Positions 1-9,718 of a stretch of 46,827 nucleotides of DNA are shown piece by piece. Within the stretch, counting starts at the first letter, position 1. Every line of letters starts with the position of its first letter. The notes under the pieces are model-generated. The model was not told where the DNA came from. It did no database searches and saw nothing but the letters and a program-made list of their open reading frames with translations. The position numbers and the translations under genes are program-made. The stretch comes from Actinomycetota bacterium (GTDB taxonomy: Bacteria > Actinomycetota > Acidimicrobiia > Spongiisociales > UBA4744): NCBI GenBank assembly GCA_013152275.1, contig JAADGS010000090.1:62001-108827 (forward strand), written 5' to 3'.

Positions 1-16
1 CCGTACAATCACCGGC

Positions 17-1420
17 ATGCACATCGCGTTTCTCAACCCGCAAGGGAATTTCGATCCACAGGATCGGTACTGGACCCAGCACCCCGACTTCGGTGGTCAG
101 CTCGTGTACGTCAAGCAGGTGGCCAACGCGCTCACCGCCCAAGGACATACCGTCGATATCCTCACTCGCCGCATCGTCGATCCCCGATGGCCCGGCTTCG
201 AAAGCAGGCAGGACGCCTACCCCGCCGGCGCCCGAATCGTGCGGCTCCACGCGGGACCGAACGACCGGTTCGTACCCAAGGAGGACCTTTGGCCTCTGCT
301 CGGCTCGGACTGGGTGCCCGACATCCTCGCCTTCTATGGTGGAGACCTCCCCCACGTGTTCACGGCGCACTACGGCGACGGCGGCATCAGTGCCGCACTC
401 CTTCGATCGATAACGGGCATTCCGTACACGTTCACGGCACATTCGCTCGGTGCCCAGAAACGCGACGGCCTCCTCGCCGCCGGCGAATCCATCGACGAAG
501 ACCGGTACCACTTCACACGACGCCTCGAGGCCGAACGCGTCGCCATGAACCACGCCGGCATCGTGATCACCTCGACGAACCAAGAGCGCTACGCCCAGTA
601 CGGCCATTCCGCCTACGCAGGGGCCATCGACCCGAATGACGACCGACGATTCGCCGTCGTCCCACCAGGGGTCGACCAAACCGTCTTCTACCCGGGGGAC
701 GCCGACGACAGCACTGCTCGACAGATTCGTGCTTTCCTGAAGAGAGATCTCGAAACGTCTCGGATCGAGCTCCCCGCCGTTGTGTCGTCGAGCAGACTCG
801 ACCCGAAGAAGAACCATCGCGTCCTCATCGATGCCTTCGGTCACAGTGAGGAGCTCCGATCTCGTGCGAATCTGGTACTCATCACGGGAGCGATCGAAGA
901 TCCCCTGCACGACGACGGTCCCGCCTCACGATCCGAGCGGCGTGTCCTCGCCGGCTTGCGTGAAGCAATCACCGCGTACGATCTGGGCGGAGCCGTGTCG
1001 GGTTTCGCCATCGGCAACCAACGATCTCTCGCCGACGCATATCGATTCTTTGCCGCCCGAACATCCGTCTTCGCTCTCACGGCGCTGTACGAACCGTTCG
1101 GACTTGCCCCCCTCGAGGCCGCGTCGACCGGACTCCCTGTCGTGGTGACCCGCAACGGTGGACCCGCCGAGAGTTTGCGTGACGAACGCGGGGAGTATGG
1201 AGTTCTGGTCGACCCATCCGATCCGGACGACGTCGCGAGCGGTCTCCTGAGGGCGCTCGACCAATGGCACCACTTCGCCCGAGAAGGCAGGCGCCGCGTC
1301 CTCGAACGCTACACGTGGGACCGCACCGCACAGGGATACGTCGCCGCCATCGAACGGGCCCTCACGGTTCCGGTCCACCCCACGGAGCCCATCCCGGCGT
1401 GGTGCTCTCTCAGGAGCTGA
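17..1420 (+). CDS. Sucrose-phosphate synthase-like glycosyltransferase (GT4, glycosyltransferase domain only, no SPP/HAD domain)
   Basis: N-terminus HIAFLNPQGNFDP...WTQHPDFGGQLVYVK and VDILTR match the Halothermothrix orenii-type SPS as recalled. Also FTAHSLGAQK, SSRLDPKKNH, ALYEPFGLAPLEA and TRNGGPAE GT4 motifs. TACAAT lies 7 nt before the ATG. Confidence 0.82.
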   Translation: MHIAFLNPQGNFDPQDRYWTQHPDFGGQLVYVKQVANALTAQGHTVDILTRRIVDPRWPGFESRQDAYPAGARIVRLHAGPNDRFVPKEDLWPLLGSDWVPDILAFYGGDLPHVFTAHYGDGGISAALLRSITGIPYTFTAHSLGAQKRDGLLAAGESIDEDRYHFTRRLEAERVAMNHAGIVITSTNQERYAQYGHSAYAGAIDPNDDRRFAVVPPGVDQTVFYPGDADDSTARQIRAFLKRDLETSRIELPAVVSSSRLDPKKNHRVLIDAFGHSEELRSRANLVLITGAIEDPLHDDGPASRSERRVLAGLREAITAYDLGGAVSGFAIGNQRSLADAYRFFAARTSVFALTALYEPFGLAPLEAASTGLPVVVTRNGGPAESLRDERGEYGVLVDPSDPDDVASGLLRALDQWHHFAREGRRRVLERYTWDRTAQGYVAAIERALTVPVHPTEPIPAWCSLRS

Positions 1421-1502
1421 CGATCCTGCGCCTCCGCTCGGTGAACAGGTCCGCCACACCGACGGCGAACAGCGGAAGGAGTGGCCGGAACGACGACGCA
1501 TT

Positions 1503-2825
1503 TCAGATTGCGTGTTCTTGCCCTTGAAGCCGATCCGTCAGATAGGTGACCAGCTGATCAATGGACACGCGATCCTGCTCCATGGAGTCGCGATCACGCA
1601 CCGTGACGGCACGATCTTCGAGTGACTCGAAGTCGAACGTGATCGCGTATGGAGTACCGATCTCGTCGTGGCGCCGATACCTGCGGCCGATCGACTGGGT
1701 GATGTCGAGTTCCAACATGAAGTGAGGACGGAGCATGTCGGCAACCTTCTCGGCCTCCGCCACAAGGTGCGGTTTCTTGGACAGCGGCAGTACTGCAACC
1801 TGATAGGGAGCCAGCCTCGGGTCCAGTCGTAAGACCACCCGTTTCTCCCCCCGGACCTCCTCCTCATGGTATGCGTCCATGAGAAACGCGAACGTGGTTC
1901 TGGTTGCACCCGCCGCCGGCTCGATGACGTAGGGAAAGAACCGTTCCCCGGACTCGTCGTCGAAGTAGCTGAGGTCCTGGCCGCTGGCCTCGGTATGCGC
2001 CCGCAGGTCGAAGTCGGTCCGGTTGGCGATCCCCTCGAGTTCGTCCCAACCCCACGGATACCGATACTCGACGTCCGAGCACGCCGCGGCGTAGTGCGCC
2101 AACTCGTCGTGGCCGTGTGGCCGAAGACGGATGTTCTCTTCGGACAAGCCGAGATCCAGATACCAGCGGTGACGTTCGCGCGACCAGTAGCGGTACCACT
2201 CGTCCGCCTCCTCTGGACGGCAGAAGAACTCCATCTCCATTTGCTCGAACTCGCGAGTCCGAAACACGAACTGCCCCGGGGTGATTTCGTTGCGAAACGT
2301 CTTACCGATCTGGGCAATGCCGAACGGAAGCTTCATTCGTGCCGTACGGCGCACGTTCTCGTAGTTGATGAAGATTCCCTGCGCCGTCTCCGGGCGCAGA
2401 TACACGAGACCCGCATCGTTCTCCACCGGGCCCATGAACGTCTTGAACATCAGGTTGAACTGACGCGGCTCACCAAACGTGCCCCGCTGACCGCAGTGCG
2501 GACACAGATCCTGGTCTTCGAGCTTGTCCAGCCGGTAGCGGGTATGACAGCTCGAACACTCGACCAGCGGGTCCGTGAACGAAGCCTCATGTCCCGAGGC
2601 GGCCCAGACTTGGCGTGCCTGAAGGATCGCCGAGTCGAGTCCGACGATGTCCCCGCGTAGCTGCACCATCGAACGCCACCACTCGTCCTTGACGTTCCGC
2701 AGCACCTGGACACCCAGCGGACCGTAGTCGTAGGCCGAGCGCAGACCCCCGTAGATCTCCGAGGAAGGGAATACGAAGCCCCGCCGCTTTGCGAGGTTGA
2801 CGATGGTGTCGAGCGTGGCGGGCAT
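1503..2825 (-). CDS. glyQS: Glycine--tRNA ligase, dimeric (alpha2) type
   Basis: [72 protein letters not shown] and the anticodon domain [14 protein letters not shown]. Start moved to ATG 2825 (MPATLDTIV); the track's longer N-terminus translates intergenic repeats. Confidence 0.96.
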   Translation of the reverse strand: MPATLDTIVNLAKRRGFVFPSSEIYGGLRSAYDYGPLGVQVLRNVKDEWWRSMVQLRGDIVGLDSAILQARQVWAASGHEASFTDPLVECSSCHTRYRLDKLEDQDLCPHCGQRGTFGEPRQFNLMFKTFMGPVENDAGLVYLRPETAQGIFINYENVRRTARMKLPFGIAQIGKTFRNEITPGQFVFRTREFEQMEMEFFCRPEEADEWYRYWSRERHRWYLDLGLSEENIRLRPHGHDELAHYAAACSDVEYRYPWGWDELEGIANRTDFDLRAHTEASGQDLSYFDDESGERFFPYVIEPAAGATRTTFAFLMDAYHEEEVRGEKRVVLRLDPRLAPYQVAVLPLSKKPHLVAEAEKVADMLRPHFMLELDITQSIGRRYRRHDEIGTPYAITFDFESLEDRAVTVRDRDSMEQDRVSIDQLVTYLTDRLQGQEHAI

Positions 2826-2875
2826 GATTGGCTGCGTCCTCTGGTCGTGATGGGAACGCGCAGATACTAGGAGAC

Positions 2876-2995
2876 CGTATCTCGTATTTCGTACTTCGTA
2901 TTCGGACTTGGCAGCAAAGCGACAGCCGGCCCACTGGAGGGTCGCGTCACAGTACGAAGTACAAGGCACAAGATAGGGCGAGCGAAGCGAGCCCG
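2876..2995. repeat. Intergenic composite repeat: (CGTAYTY)x4, an inverted degenerate array, and a GCGAGCGAAGCGAGCC motif
   Basis: cgtatct cgtattt cgtactt cgtattc (2876-2903); agtacga agtacaa ggcacaa (2951-2971); gcgagcgaagcgagcc (2978-2993). Confidence 0.8.
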
Positions 2996-2996
2996 G

Positions 2997-3725
2997 CTAC
3001 GCACTCCCGAAGCGCCGCTTGCGACGTTGATACTCGGCGATCGCTGCGACGAGATCCTCCCGGGAGAAGTCGGGCCAGAGAACTTCCGGGAATACGAACT
3101 CGGCATAGGCCGCCTGCCACAGCAGAAAGTTCGACAGGCGCATCTCGCCCGAAGTTCTGATGACAAGGTCCACATCGGGCATCTCCGGCACGTAGAGCTG
3201 TCCTGCGAACACCGACGGATCGATCCGCTCAGGATCCAGCTCGCCACGCCGAACGAGCAGAGCGAGGCGTCTGGCGGCGTCGGCGATCTCTACCCTGCTT
3301 CCGTAGTTGAAGGCGAACACGAGACGCATGCCGTCGTTCGCAGCCGTCATTGCCGATGTCTCCACCATTCGGGCCCGGTTCCGCTCGGGAATGCGGGGGT
3401 CGTCCAGATCACCGGCGAAATAGATGCGAATCCCTTGCGCGTCGAGTTCGTCGCGCCGCCGCAGCAGGAGGTCCTCGTTGAAGAACATGAGAAACTCCAC
3501 CTCGTCCTCGGACCGGGACCAGTTCTCGGTCGAGAACGTGAAGGCACTGAGCCACGCCACCCCGAGTTTCCGAGCCGACTCGATGGTGGCAAACAACGCG
3601 GCCTCCCCTGCAGCATGTCCTGCGGTACGCGGGAGATCTCGCTGCTCGGCCCAACGTCCGTTGCCGTCGAGGATGAGTCCGACGTGCGTTGGGATCCGAT
3701 CCGGGTCGAGGTGCGGCTCACTCAT
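2997..3725 (-). CDS. uppS: Polyprenyl diphosphate synthase (cis-prenyltransferase)
   Basis: HVGLILDGNGRWA, GH..G, FSTENW.R, FNYGSR.EI and DLVIRTSGE.RLSNFLLWQ.AYAE motifs. Confidence 0.95.
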   Translation of the reverse strand: MSEPHLDPDRIPTHVGLILDGNGRWAEQRDLPRTAGHAAGEAALFATIESARKLGVAWLSAFTFSTENWSRSEDEVEFLMFFNEDLLLRRRDELDAQGIRIYFAGDLDDPRIPERNRARMVETSAMTAANDGMRLVFAFNYGSRVEIADAARRLALLVRRGELDPERIDPSVFAGQLYVPEMPDVDLVIRTSGEMRLSNFLLWQAAYAEFVFPEVLWPDFSREDLVAAIAEYQRRKRRFGSA

Positions 3726-4437
3726 GCATCACCGCCAGGGAGGACAGCCTCCGCTCCAGATGGTATTCGAGGAATCTCCTCGTGAGCCCGAGCGCTTCGC
3801 CCGAGAAGGCGCGGTCCTCTGGAGGAAGCTTGTCGAGATCCGAAGTGGCGAGGCCCACCAGGTAGCCGGTCAGGCCCGGACGCAGCAGGATCGTCCCACT
3901 CGGCCGGCACGAGGTGCACACGGCCCCGCCTGCCGAAAGACTGAATCGGAGGGGAACATCTGCTCTTCCACAGCCGGCACAATGATCGAGCGCCGGAGCG
4001 AACCCGACGACGTCGGTGAGTTTCAGCAAGAAGGAGGTCACGAGATCAGGTCCTTCACCGTGTCGATCGAGAGCCCTGAGACCTCGCTGGAGCAGCAGGA
4101 AGAGTCGGAGCGAAGGATCGCCCTCCCTCGCCACCGCATCGACGACCTCGACCATCGTGCCGGCTGCGAGTACCCGATCCAGATCCAACCGGACATTTGG
4201 GAATGCTTCGATCGCCGAAGCCTGGGTAATCGTATCCAGGTTACGCCCCTCGTACAGGACCAGATCGACGTGCGTGAATGGTTCGAGCCGGCCGCCGAAG
4301 CGGCTCTTCGTTTTGCGGACTCCTTTTGCGACCGTCCTGAGCTTGCCGTTGTTGGGGCTCAGGATGACCACGACGCGGTCCGCTTCCCCGAACGGAAAGC
4401 TGCGGAGCACGATCCCCTGATCGCTGCGAAGACCCAT
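3718..4437 (-). CDS. recO: DNA repair protein RecO
   Basis: GIVLRS.PFGEADRVV, AKGVRKTKSRFGGRLEPF and the zinc motif CAGC...CTSC. Start set to ATG 4437, which has TACCAT 7 nt upstream. Confidence 0.95.
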   Translation of the reverse strand: MGLRSDQGIVLRSFPFGEADRVVVILSPNNGKLRTVAKGVRKTKSRFGGRLEPFTHVDLVLYEGRNLDTITQASAIEAFPNVRLDLDRVLAAGTMVEVVDAVAREGDPSLRLFLLLQRGLRALDRHGEGPDLVTSFLLKLTDVVGFAPALDHCAGCGRADVPLRFSLSAGGAVCTSCRPSGTILLRPGLTGYLVGLATSDLDKLPPEDRAFSGEALGLTRRFLEYHLERRLSSLAVMHE

Positions 4438-4471
4438 GGGTGAGATGGTAACGGTCGGACTGCGACCTGAC

Positions 4472-4506
4472 GGTACTTCGTACTTCGTATTCCGTACTTC
4501 GTACTG
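4472..4506. repeat. Heptamer tandem array (CGTACTT-like x5)
   Basis: ggtactt cgtactt cgtattc cgtactt cgtactg between era and recO. Confidence 0.85.
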
Positions 4507-4562
4507 CAGCCGGAATCGCTGCAAGGCCACGCTACCAAGTCCCGAGAGCTGCCAAGTACGTC

Positions 4563-5447
4563 CTAATGAAATCCGAATCGATCCAGCATCTGAGGTTTGC
4601 GCTGCCAGTTCTTCTCGACCCGGACACGCAGATCGAGATAGACCCGCGTTCCGAACAGCCGCTCCAAATCCGTGCGAGCCTCAGATCCTGCGTCGCGAAG
4701 CAGAATCCCGCCCTTGCCGATGACGATGCCCTTCTGCGAAGTGCGCTCCACGATGATGCGGGCGTCGACGTACACCGAACCGTCGGGACGCTGCTCGATG
4801 TCGCGAACGTCGACGACGAGTGAATGAGGAAGCTCATCTCGGAGGCGGGCAAGGAACTTCTCTCTGATCAATTCGCCCGCGAGAAAGGACTCCGGCTGAT
4901 CGGTGACCGCATCCGCCGGAAAATACTGCGGACCTTCGGGCAGGAGTTTGCCCAACTCGCTCAGGATCGAGTCCAAGCCCTCCCCGCGCAGCGCGCTCAC
5001 CGGCACATATGCGGCAAACTCCCACACCGCCGCCTCGGCCAGACGTTCGGGTATCTGCCCTCTCCTCGCAGCGTCGGTCTTGTTGACAACGACGATCACG
5101 GGCGATCCCGCCTTCGTGAGCCGCTGCGCGATCAGGCGGTCGCCGGGACCGACCGCGGCGGTCGCGTCGAGGAGAAAGAGGACCGCGTCTGCCTCGGCAA
5201 GCGTTCCGTAGACGAGCCGATTGAGTCGTTCACCCAAGGCGTTGCGTGGTTTGTGAAGGCCCGGAGTGTCGACCAGAACTGCCTGGAACTCGGGCTCTTC
5301 GGTCACGGTCACGACGCCGCGCACGACGTTGCGTGTCGTCTGCGGACGAGGAGACGTGATCACCACCTTGTGCCCGACCAGTGCGTTGACCAGCGTCGAC
5401 TTGCCCACATTCGGACGTCCAACGACCGGCACGAACCCCGACCTCAT
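4563..5447 (-). CDS. era: GTPase Era
   Basis: GRPNVGKSTL, PQTTR, DTPG, NKTD, and a KH domain (ELPHS...SQKGIVIGKGG). Confidence 0.97.
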   Translation of the reverse strand: MRSGFVPVVGRPNVGKSTLVNALVGHKVVITSPRPQTTRNVVRGVVTVTEEPEFQAVLVDTPGLHKPRNALGERLNRLVYGTLAEADAVLFLLDATAAVGPGDRLIAQRLTKAGSPVIVVVNKTDAARRGQIPERLAEAAVWEFAAYVPVSALRGEGLDSILSELGKLLPEGPQYFPADAVTDQPESFLAGELIREKFLARLRDELPHSLVVDVRDIEQRPDGSVYVDARIIVERTSQKGIVIGKGGILLRDAGSEARTDLERLFGTRVYLDLRVRVEKNWQRKPQMLDRFGFH

Positions 5448-6610
5448 GTGGTCGTCAGGCGGGTCGCACGAACCTGGATCACCCTCCGCCCCTGTACTTT
5501 GACGACGACGAAGCGGACACCGTATCCCTCGAAGGCCTCCCCCTCATACGGAACCCGGCCGGCGAGGTCCAGGAGCAGGCCGCCGACCGTGTCCCATTCG
5601 TCGTGCGCCAACTCGACATCGAGCGCGTCTTCCAGGTCCTCGACAGGGAACCGGCCGTCGACGAGATAGGTACCGCTCTCCTCTTCGATGAAGAGCGGGT
5701 CCTCCGTGTCGTATTCGTCGATGATCTCCCCGACGAGTTCCTCCAGAAGATCCTCGATGGTCACCAGACCGGCCGTCCCCCCGAACTCGTCCACCACGAT
5801 CGCCATGTGCTGCTGTCGTGCCTGCATGTCCCGAAGCAAGTCGGAGATACGCTTGGTCTCGGGTACGAAATAGACCGGCCGCATGATGCGCGTCACGGGC
5901 TCCGAACCACCGCCGCGATCCATGATGATCAGCAGGTCTTTGGCGTACACGAAACCGACGATGTCATCGGGACTCTCCCCCACGACGGGAATCCTCGAGA
6001 AACCCTCCTCGATCACGATGTCGAGCGCCTTGTCTGTCGTCTCTTCCCGGTCGATCGTCACCATGTCAGGACGAGGAACCATCACCTCGCGTACGAGCGT
6101 GTCCGAGAACTCGAGGACGGAACTGATCAGCTTCAGCTCCTCTTCCTCGTCCTCGTCGGGCACATCGTCTTCTTCCGGCTCTTCGATCAGCAGGTCACCC
6201 GTCCGCCGGCCAAGCCCGGCCACGAAGGAGAGCAGTCCTGAGAAACGGTACGCGAGTGTGGCCGGATGCCCCCGTCCATAAGCTCGCGGGAGTATGTCCC
6301 CCACGAGGAGGATCACGGCCGCAAGACCGACGAGCGCGCCCAAGAGCGCCCAACCTGACAGGGAGATCGTGAGCGCCCACGTGGCCGGGACCGCAGCGGC
6401 CACCAGGATCCCTGAATGGACCATCCCGATGGACGGCTGGAGCCCCACCCGATCTTCGAGGAGAACCGCGACGGTGCCGGCGCCCCCTACGTCCTCCGCT
6501 CCATCTCTCATGGCGTCCGCACGCGCCGTCAACATCAACGAGACGGCGGCTGCACGGACAACGCCGGCAAGCACCAGAAACAGCAGCGACGCCGCGAAAC
6601 CGAGGATCAT
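5444..6610 (-). CDS. Hemolysin/CNNM-family membrane protein (DUF21 + CBS pair + CorC)
   Basis: Hydrophobic N-terminus, VREVMVPRPDM, FSRIPV, HMAIVVDEFGGTAGLVTIEDLLEELVGEI.DE and TVGGL. Typical position between ybeY and era. Confidence 0.9.
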   Translation of the reverse strand: MILGFAASLLFLVLAGVVRAAAVSLMLTARADAMRDGAEDVGGAGTVAVLLEDRVGLQPSIGMVHSGILVAAAVPATWALTISLSGWALLGALVGLAAVILLVGDILPRAYGRGHPATLAYRFSGLLSFVAGLGRRTGDLLIEEPEEDDVPDEDEEEELKLISSVLEFSDTLVREVMVPRPDMVTIDREETTDKALDIVIEEGFSRIPVVGESPDDIVGFVYAKDLLIIMDRGGGSEPVTRIMRPVYFVPETKRISDLLRDMQARQQHMAIVVDEFGGTAGLVTIEDLLEELVGEIIDEYDTEDPLFIEEESGTYLVDGRFPVEDLEDALDVELAHDEWDTVGGLLLDLAGRVPYEGEAFEGYGVRFVVVKVQGRRVIQVRATRLTTT

Positions 6611-6677
6611 GTGTGGCCCCCGAACCAGGAGCCCGACCCGACGTGCCCGCTACGAAGAGCGAAGAAGCACGGGCTGG

Positions 6678-7142
6678 TCATGGCCATCGCCTTCCGGCTT
6701 TCTTCAAGAGCGCCCTCTCGCGGGCTTCCATTCGCTCTGCGTCCTCGTCATTCATGTGGTCGTACCCGAGCAGGTGGAGGATGCCATGCACGACCATGAG
6801 CGCCAGTTCATCTTCGAACGACACCCCCATCTGGTCGGCCTGTTCTCGCACATACTTGGGAGCGATCACGACGTCCCCCAGATTCAACGGCGGCTCTCCC
6901 GGACCGGGATTGGGATACTCCCCTGGAGAGAGGTGCTCGAGAGGAAACGCCAGGACGTCGGTCGGTCCCTTTCGTTCCATGAAGCGATCGTTGTACTCGG
7001 TCATCTGGTCGAGACCGACGAGCATCAGCGTCAGGTCGGCTTGACGCGGAAGGCCTTCTTCCTCGAGCACGGTCGCGGCAAGCCGCCGGAGCGGCTCGGC
7101 TTCGACCGGATCATCCTGTTCGTCGGCCAGGAAGACGCTCAT
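6678..7142 (-). CDS. ybeY: rRNA maturation endoribonuclease YbeY
   Basis: PTDVLAFP, LGDVVI and the HGILHLLGYDH metal motif. Confidence 0.96.
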   Translation of the reverse strand: MSVFLADEQDDPVEAEPLRRLAATVLEEEGLPRQADLTLMLVGLDQMTEYNDRFMERKGPTDVLAFPLEHLSPGEYPNPGPGEPPLNLGDVVIAPKYVREQADQMGVSFEDELALMVVHGILHLLGYDHMNDEDAERMEARERALLKKAGRRWP

Positions 7143-9718
7143 CAGATCGCCTTGGGTGTCGTGATCGGCGGTGATTCGGCAGGCGAATCCGGGAAGCCCG
7201 GGTAGGGAATCCGTTGGTGGTAATAGCCAACGAGCGAATCGACGAATGCGGCCTTGACCCTCGTGAGCTCGCCAAGCGTGAGGTCGCTCTCCCCCAGTTG
7301 CCCATCGGCGACCTTCTCACCGACGACCTGTTCCACGATCTCCTCGATCCGATCCGGCGTCGGGTCCTTGTCGGCAAACACCGCCCTCGCCGCACTCTCC
7401 AGGGCATCGGCCATCATGAGGATCGCCATCTCCTTCGACTGGGGCTTGTGCCCGTAATGGCGATAGTCGTCCACGTCGACGTTGTCGACGCCATAACGCT
7501 CACACGCCTTGTGATAGAAGTACCGCATGATTCCGTCACCGTGGTGAGACACTATTCCGTCCGCCACCGCCGTCGGTATCCGATACCGTTTCGCCAACTC
7601 GACACCCTTGGAAACGTGATCGCGAATGATCGCGGCAGATTCCTCCGGCGGAAGACTGTCATGCGGGTTGGAGATACCGAACTGGTTCTCGATGAAGAAC
7701 TGAGGATTCTGTGTCTTGCCGAGGTCGTGATAGTACGCGGCTGCCCTTGCGAGCAGGTTGTTGGCGCCGATCGCCTTCGCGGCCTTGTCGGCGAGCGTCC
7801 CGACCATCAACGAATGGTTGAACGTACCCCGGGCCTCCTCTTCCATCATCTGGAGTGCCGGATGGTTGCGATCCGTCAGGTCCAGAAGTCGGAGCGTCGT
7901 CGTCACGTCGAACATGATCTCGAGGAACGAAACGGCGGCCACGCCAATCAACCCGGACAGGAACAACCCGTTTGCGAACCCGTACAGTCCTGCCGTAACC
8001 GCACCGTCCCAGCCGTTGAAGAACCAAGCGATTCCCGCGGCCATGGGGAACATCACCAGGGCGGTGTACACGATCGCCTTGCGCAGGTCTCCTCGGGCAG
8101 AAATGGAGGAGACGAAGGGGATGGGTGTCATCGCGGAGAGCAGGGCGAAGAGGGTGAGGCCGGCGTCGCGAGTTGCGAGACCGGTCAGCGCCCCGACCGC
8201 CATCGCCATGACGACACCGATTCGCGCATCGAACAGGATCGCGGCCATGAATCCGAACATCGCCGCCGGAAGCAGGAATCCGACCGCAGGCTGATCCGCA
8301 GGTGTCAGGATCGCCACGCCGCGAGCGACCAGCGCCGCCAGCACGATGAGAAGCCCGAACAAGAGCACTCTTCGCGTGTGCGCCCAGAACTGGGCGCGGA
8401 ACCGAGCCAGGTAGAAGATCAACATGCCGACAACCAGGACGACGACGAGCAACATGGCTGCCTGCTCGGGCACCGTTTGGCGCAACAGACTGAGTTGTTC
8501 GATGGCGGCGAGTTGAACCTCGGTCACCGGGGTGCCGACGCCCACGATCTTCTCGCCCTGCTTGTACTCCACCTCGGTATCGGCCACCGCGTCCCTGGCC
8601 TCTTGCTTGAGTTGTTCGGTCTTGGCCTCGTCTTTGAACTTGTTGATCTGGAGCAACGCGGAAACGACATCGCCGGCCGCCTTGCTCGCGTCGAAGTCGA
8701 GACTTCCGTCCAAGCTGACGGTGGGTGGCATCTGCGCGAGACCCGCCCGAGCGGTGGCGAGGTCGTCGGCATTCGCCAGGCCCTGCTGCAGCAACGTTGT
8801 TGCGCGATCGAGCGCTGCCGCACGGATCTCGGCAAGGTATGGAACACGGCCGGTGACAAGGCGCATCACGTCTCCGGTGGCCACCGAGACGAGGAGCTTT
8901 CGGGTCTCGGGCTGCAACGTCGGATACTCTGCTTCGAGCAACTGGATCTGCGTTTCGATGTCGCTCAGCTGCGGCGCGAAGCCGATCGGATCCACCTCGA
9001 GCACCTTGCCCTCTCGAGCAGTGAACGACTGAGGATTACCGATCGTCGAGAGCGCGAAGTGTTTGGGAATCGTCGAAGTATCGACATCGACGACGACGGT
9101 CCCGACTTCCACGCCCGTGGCCCGATACCGGCCTTCCTGATCGGTCTCCACCTCTTGAACGGCTCCGTCATTGCCCGTGATCACGACCGTCGCACCGGCT
9201 TTCGGGTAATCCCCTGCCTCGGTGTCGAACACGCCGTTCCCGTCCGCATCGAGAAAGACGATCCCTGTGACCTCGGTGGTCGCGGGAGCCTGCGTCGTCG
9301 TGGTCGTCGATCCTTCGCCGCCGGCCACCGTCGTGGTCGGGGCCGTAGTCGTGATCTCGGGCTCCGTGACCGTCGTCGTCGTGGAAGTCACAGGTTCGGG
9401 CTCAGGCAGGAACACGGCTGCCGCGACGGTATCGAAGAGCTGTCCGATCCCGACGAGCACCTCCTGGCTTCGTTCAGGATCCGGTGAATACACCGTTTCG
9501 ATCTTGTCGGCCGCCGCATTCTTATCCTCGGCCGTCGTGACAGGATCGACGACCGTGACGGACCGATCGGCGAAGAAGTCTTGTGGTGACGGCTCCCCGA
9601 CGGTGACCGTCACGGCGGCGGTCTGCTGTCCGATCATCAGCGCCCCCCACGTCAGTGCGACGGTGGCGACGACGATCAGCAGGCGCACTACGGTGGCCCT
9701 TGTCAGGTATCTACTCAT
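7142..9718 (-). CDS. 7TM-HD (HDIG) membrane phosphohydrolase, PgpH-like cyclic di-AMP phosphodiesterase family, with an inserted Thr-rich linker and SdrD-B-like domain
   Basis: N-terminal TM, large extracellular region, about 7 TM helices, then HPALQ..EEARGTFNHSLMV, AYYHDLGK...P.FFIENQ, SHHG and ILMMADALES. Lies between phoH and ybeY like pgpH/yqfF. Start ATG 9718 overlaps the phoH end. Confidence 0.88.
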   Translation of the reverse strand: MSRYLTRATVVRLLIVVATVALTWGALMIGQQTAAVTVTVGEPSPQDFFADRSVTVVDPVTTAEDKNAAADKIETVYSPDPERSQEVLVGIGQLFDTVAAAVFLPEPEPVTSTTTTVTEPEITTTAPTTTVAGGEGSTTTTTQAPATTEVTGIVFLDADGNGVFDTEAGDYPKAGATVVITGNDGAVQEVETDQEGRYRATGVEVGTVVVDVDTSTIPKHFALSTIGNPQSFTAREGKVLEVDPIGFAPQLSDIETQIQLLEAEYPTLQPETRKLLVSVATGDVMRLVTGRVPYLAEIRAAALDRATTLLQQGLANADDLATARAGLAQMPPTVSLDGSLDFDASKAAGDVVSALLQINKFKDEAKTEQLKQEARDAVADTEVEYKQGEKIVGVGTPVTEVQLAAIEQLSLLRQTVPEQAAMLLVVVLVVGMLIFYLARFRAQFWAHTRRVLLFGLLIVLAALVARGVAILTPADQPAVGFLLPAAMFGFMAAILFDARIGVVMAMAVGALTGLATRDAGLTLFALLSAMTPIPFVSSISARGDLRKAIVYTALVMFPMAAGIAWFFNGWDGAVTAGLYGFANGLFLSGLIGVAAVSFLEIMFDVTTTLRLLDLTDRNHPALQMMEEEARGTFNHSLMVGTLADKAAKAIGANNLLARAAAYYHDLGKTQNPQFFIENQFGISNPHDSLPPEESAAIIRDHVSKGVELAKRYRIPTAVADGIVSHHGDGIMRYFYHKACERYGVDNVDVDDYRHYGHKPQSKEMAILMMADALESAARAVFADKDPTPDRIEEIVEQVVGEKVADGQLGESDLTLGELTRVKAAFVDSLVGYYHQRIPYPGFPDSPAESPPITTPKAI

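Noticed and set aside
1395..1500. Possible frameshift at the SPS C-terminus (PIPAWCSLRS* versus an alternative-frame GADDPAPP continuation)
   Set aside because: The catalytic domain is complete and the tail is poorly conserved, so it cannot be supported without alignment.
2826..2969. Shared N-terminal peptide YEVRNT(R/K)Y in the track's glyQS and recO ORFs
   Set aside because: This is translation of intergenic heptamer repeats upstream of the real starts (2825 and 4437), not a protein motif.
2826..2996. Possible T-box or other leader riboswitch upstream of glyQS (also checked upstream of leuS)
   Set aside because: No T-box consensus or specifier-loop features are visible. The glyQS leader is occupied by repeats.
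7214..9487. 757-aa plus-strand ORF and other long antisense or alternate-frame ORFs (e.g. 14107-15696, 14153-15868, 36670-38019, 38417-39958, 39124-40695, 40901-42490)
   Set aside because: They overlap well-supported genes, lack recognisable motifs, and are the shadow ORFs expected in GC-rich DNA.
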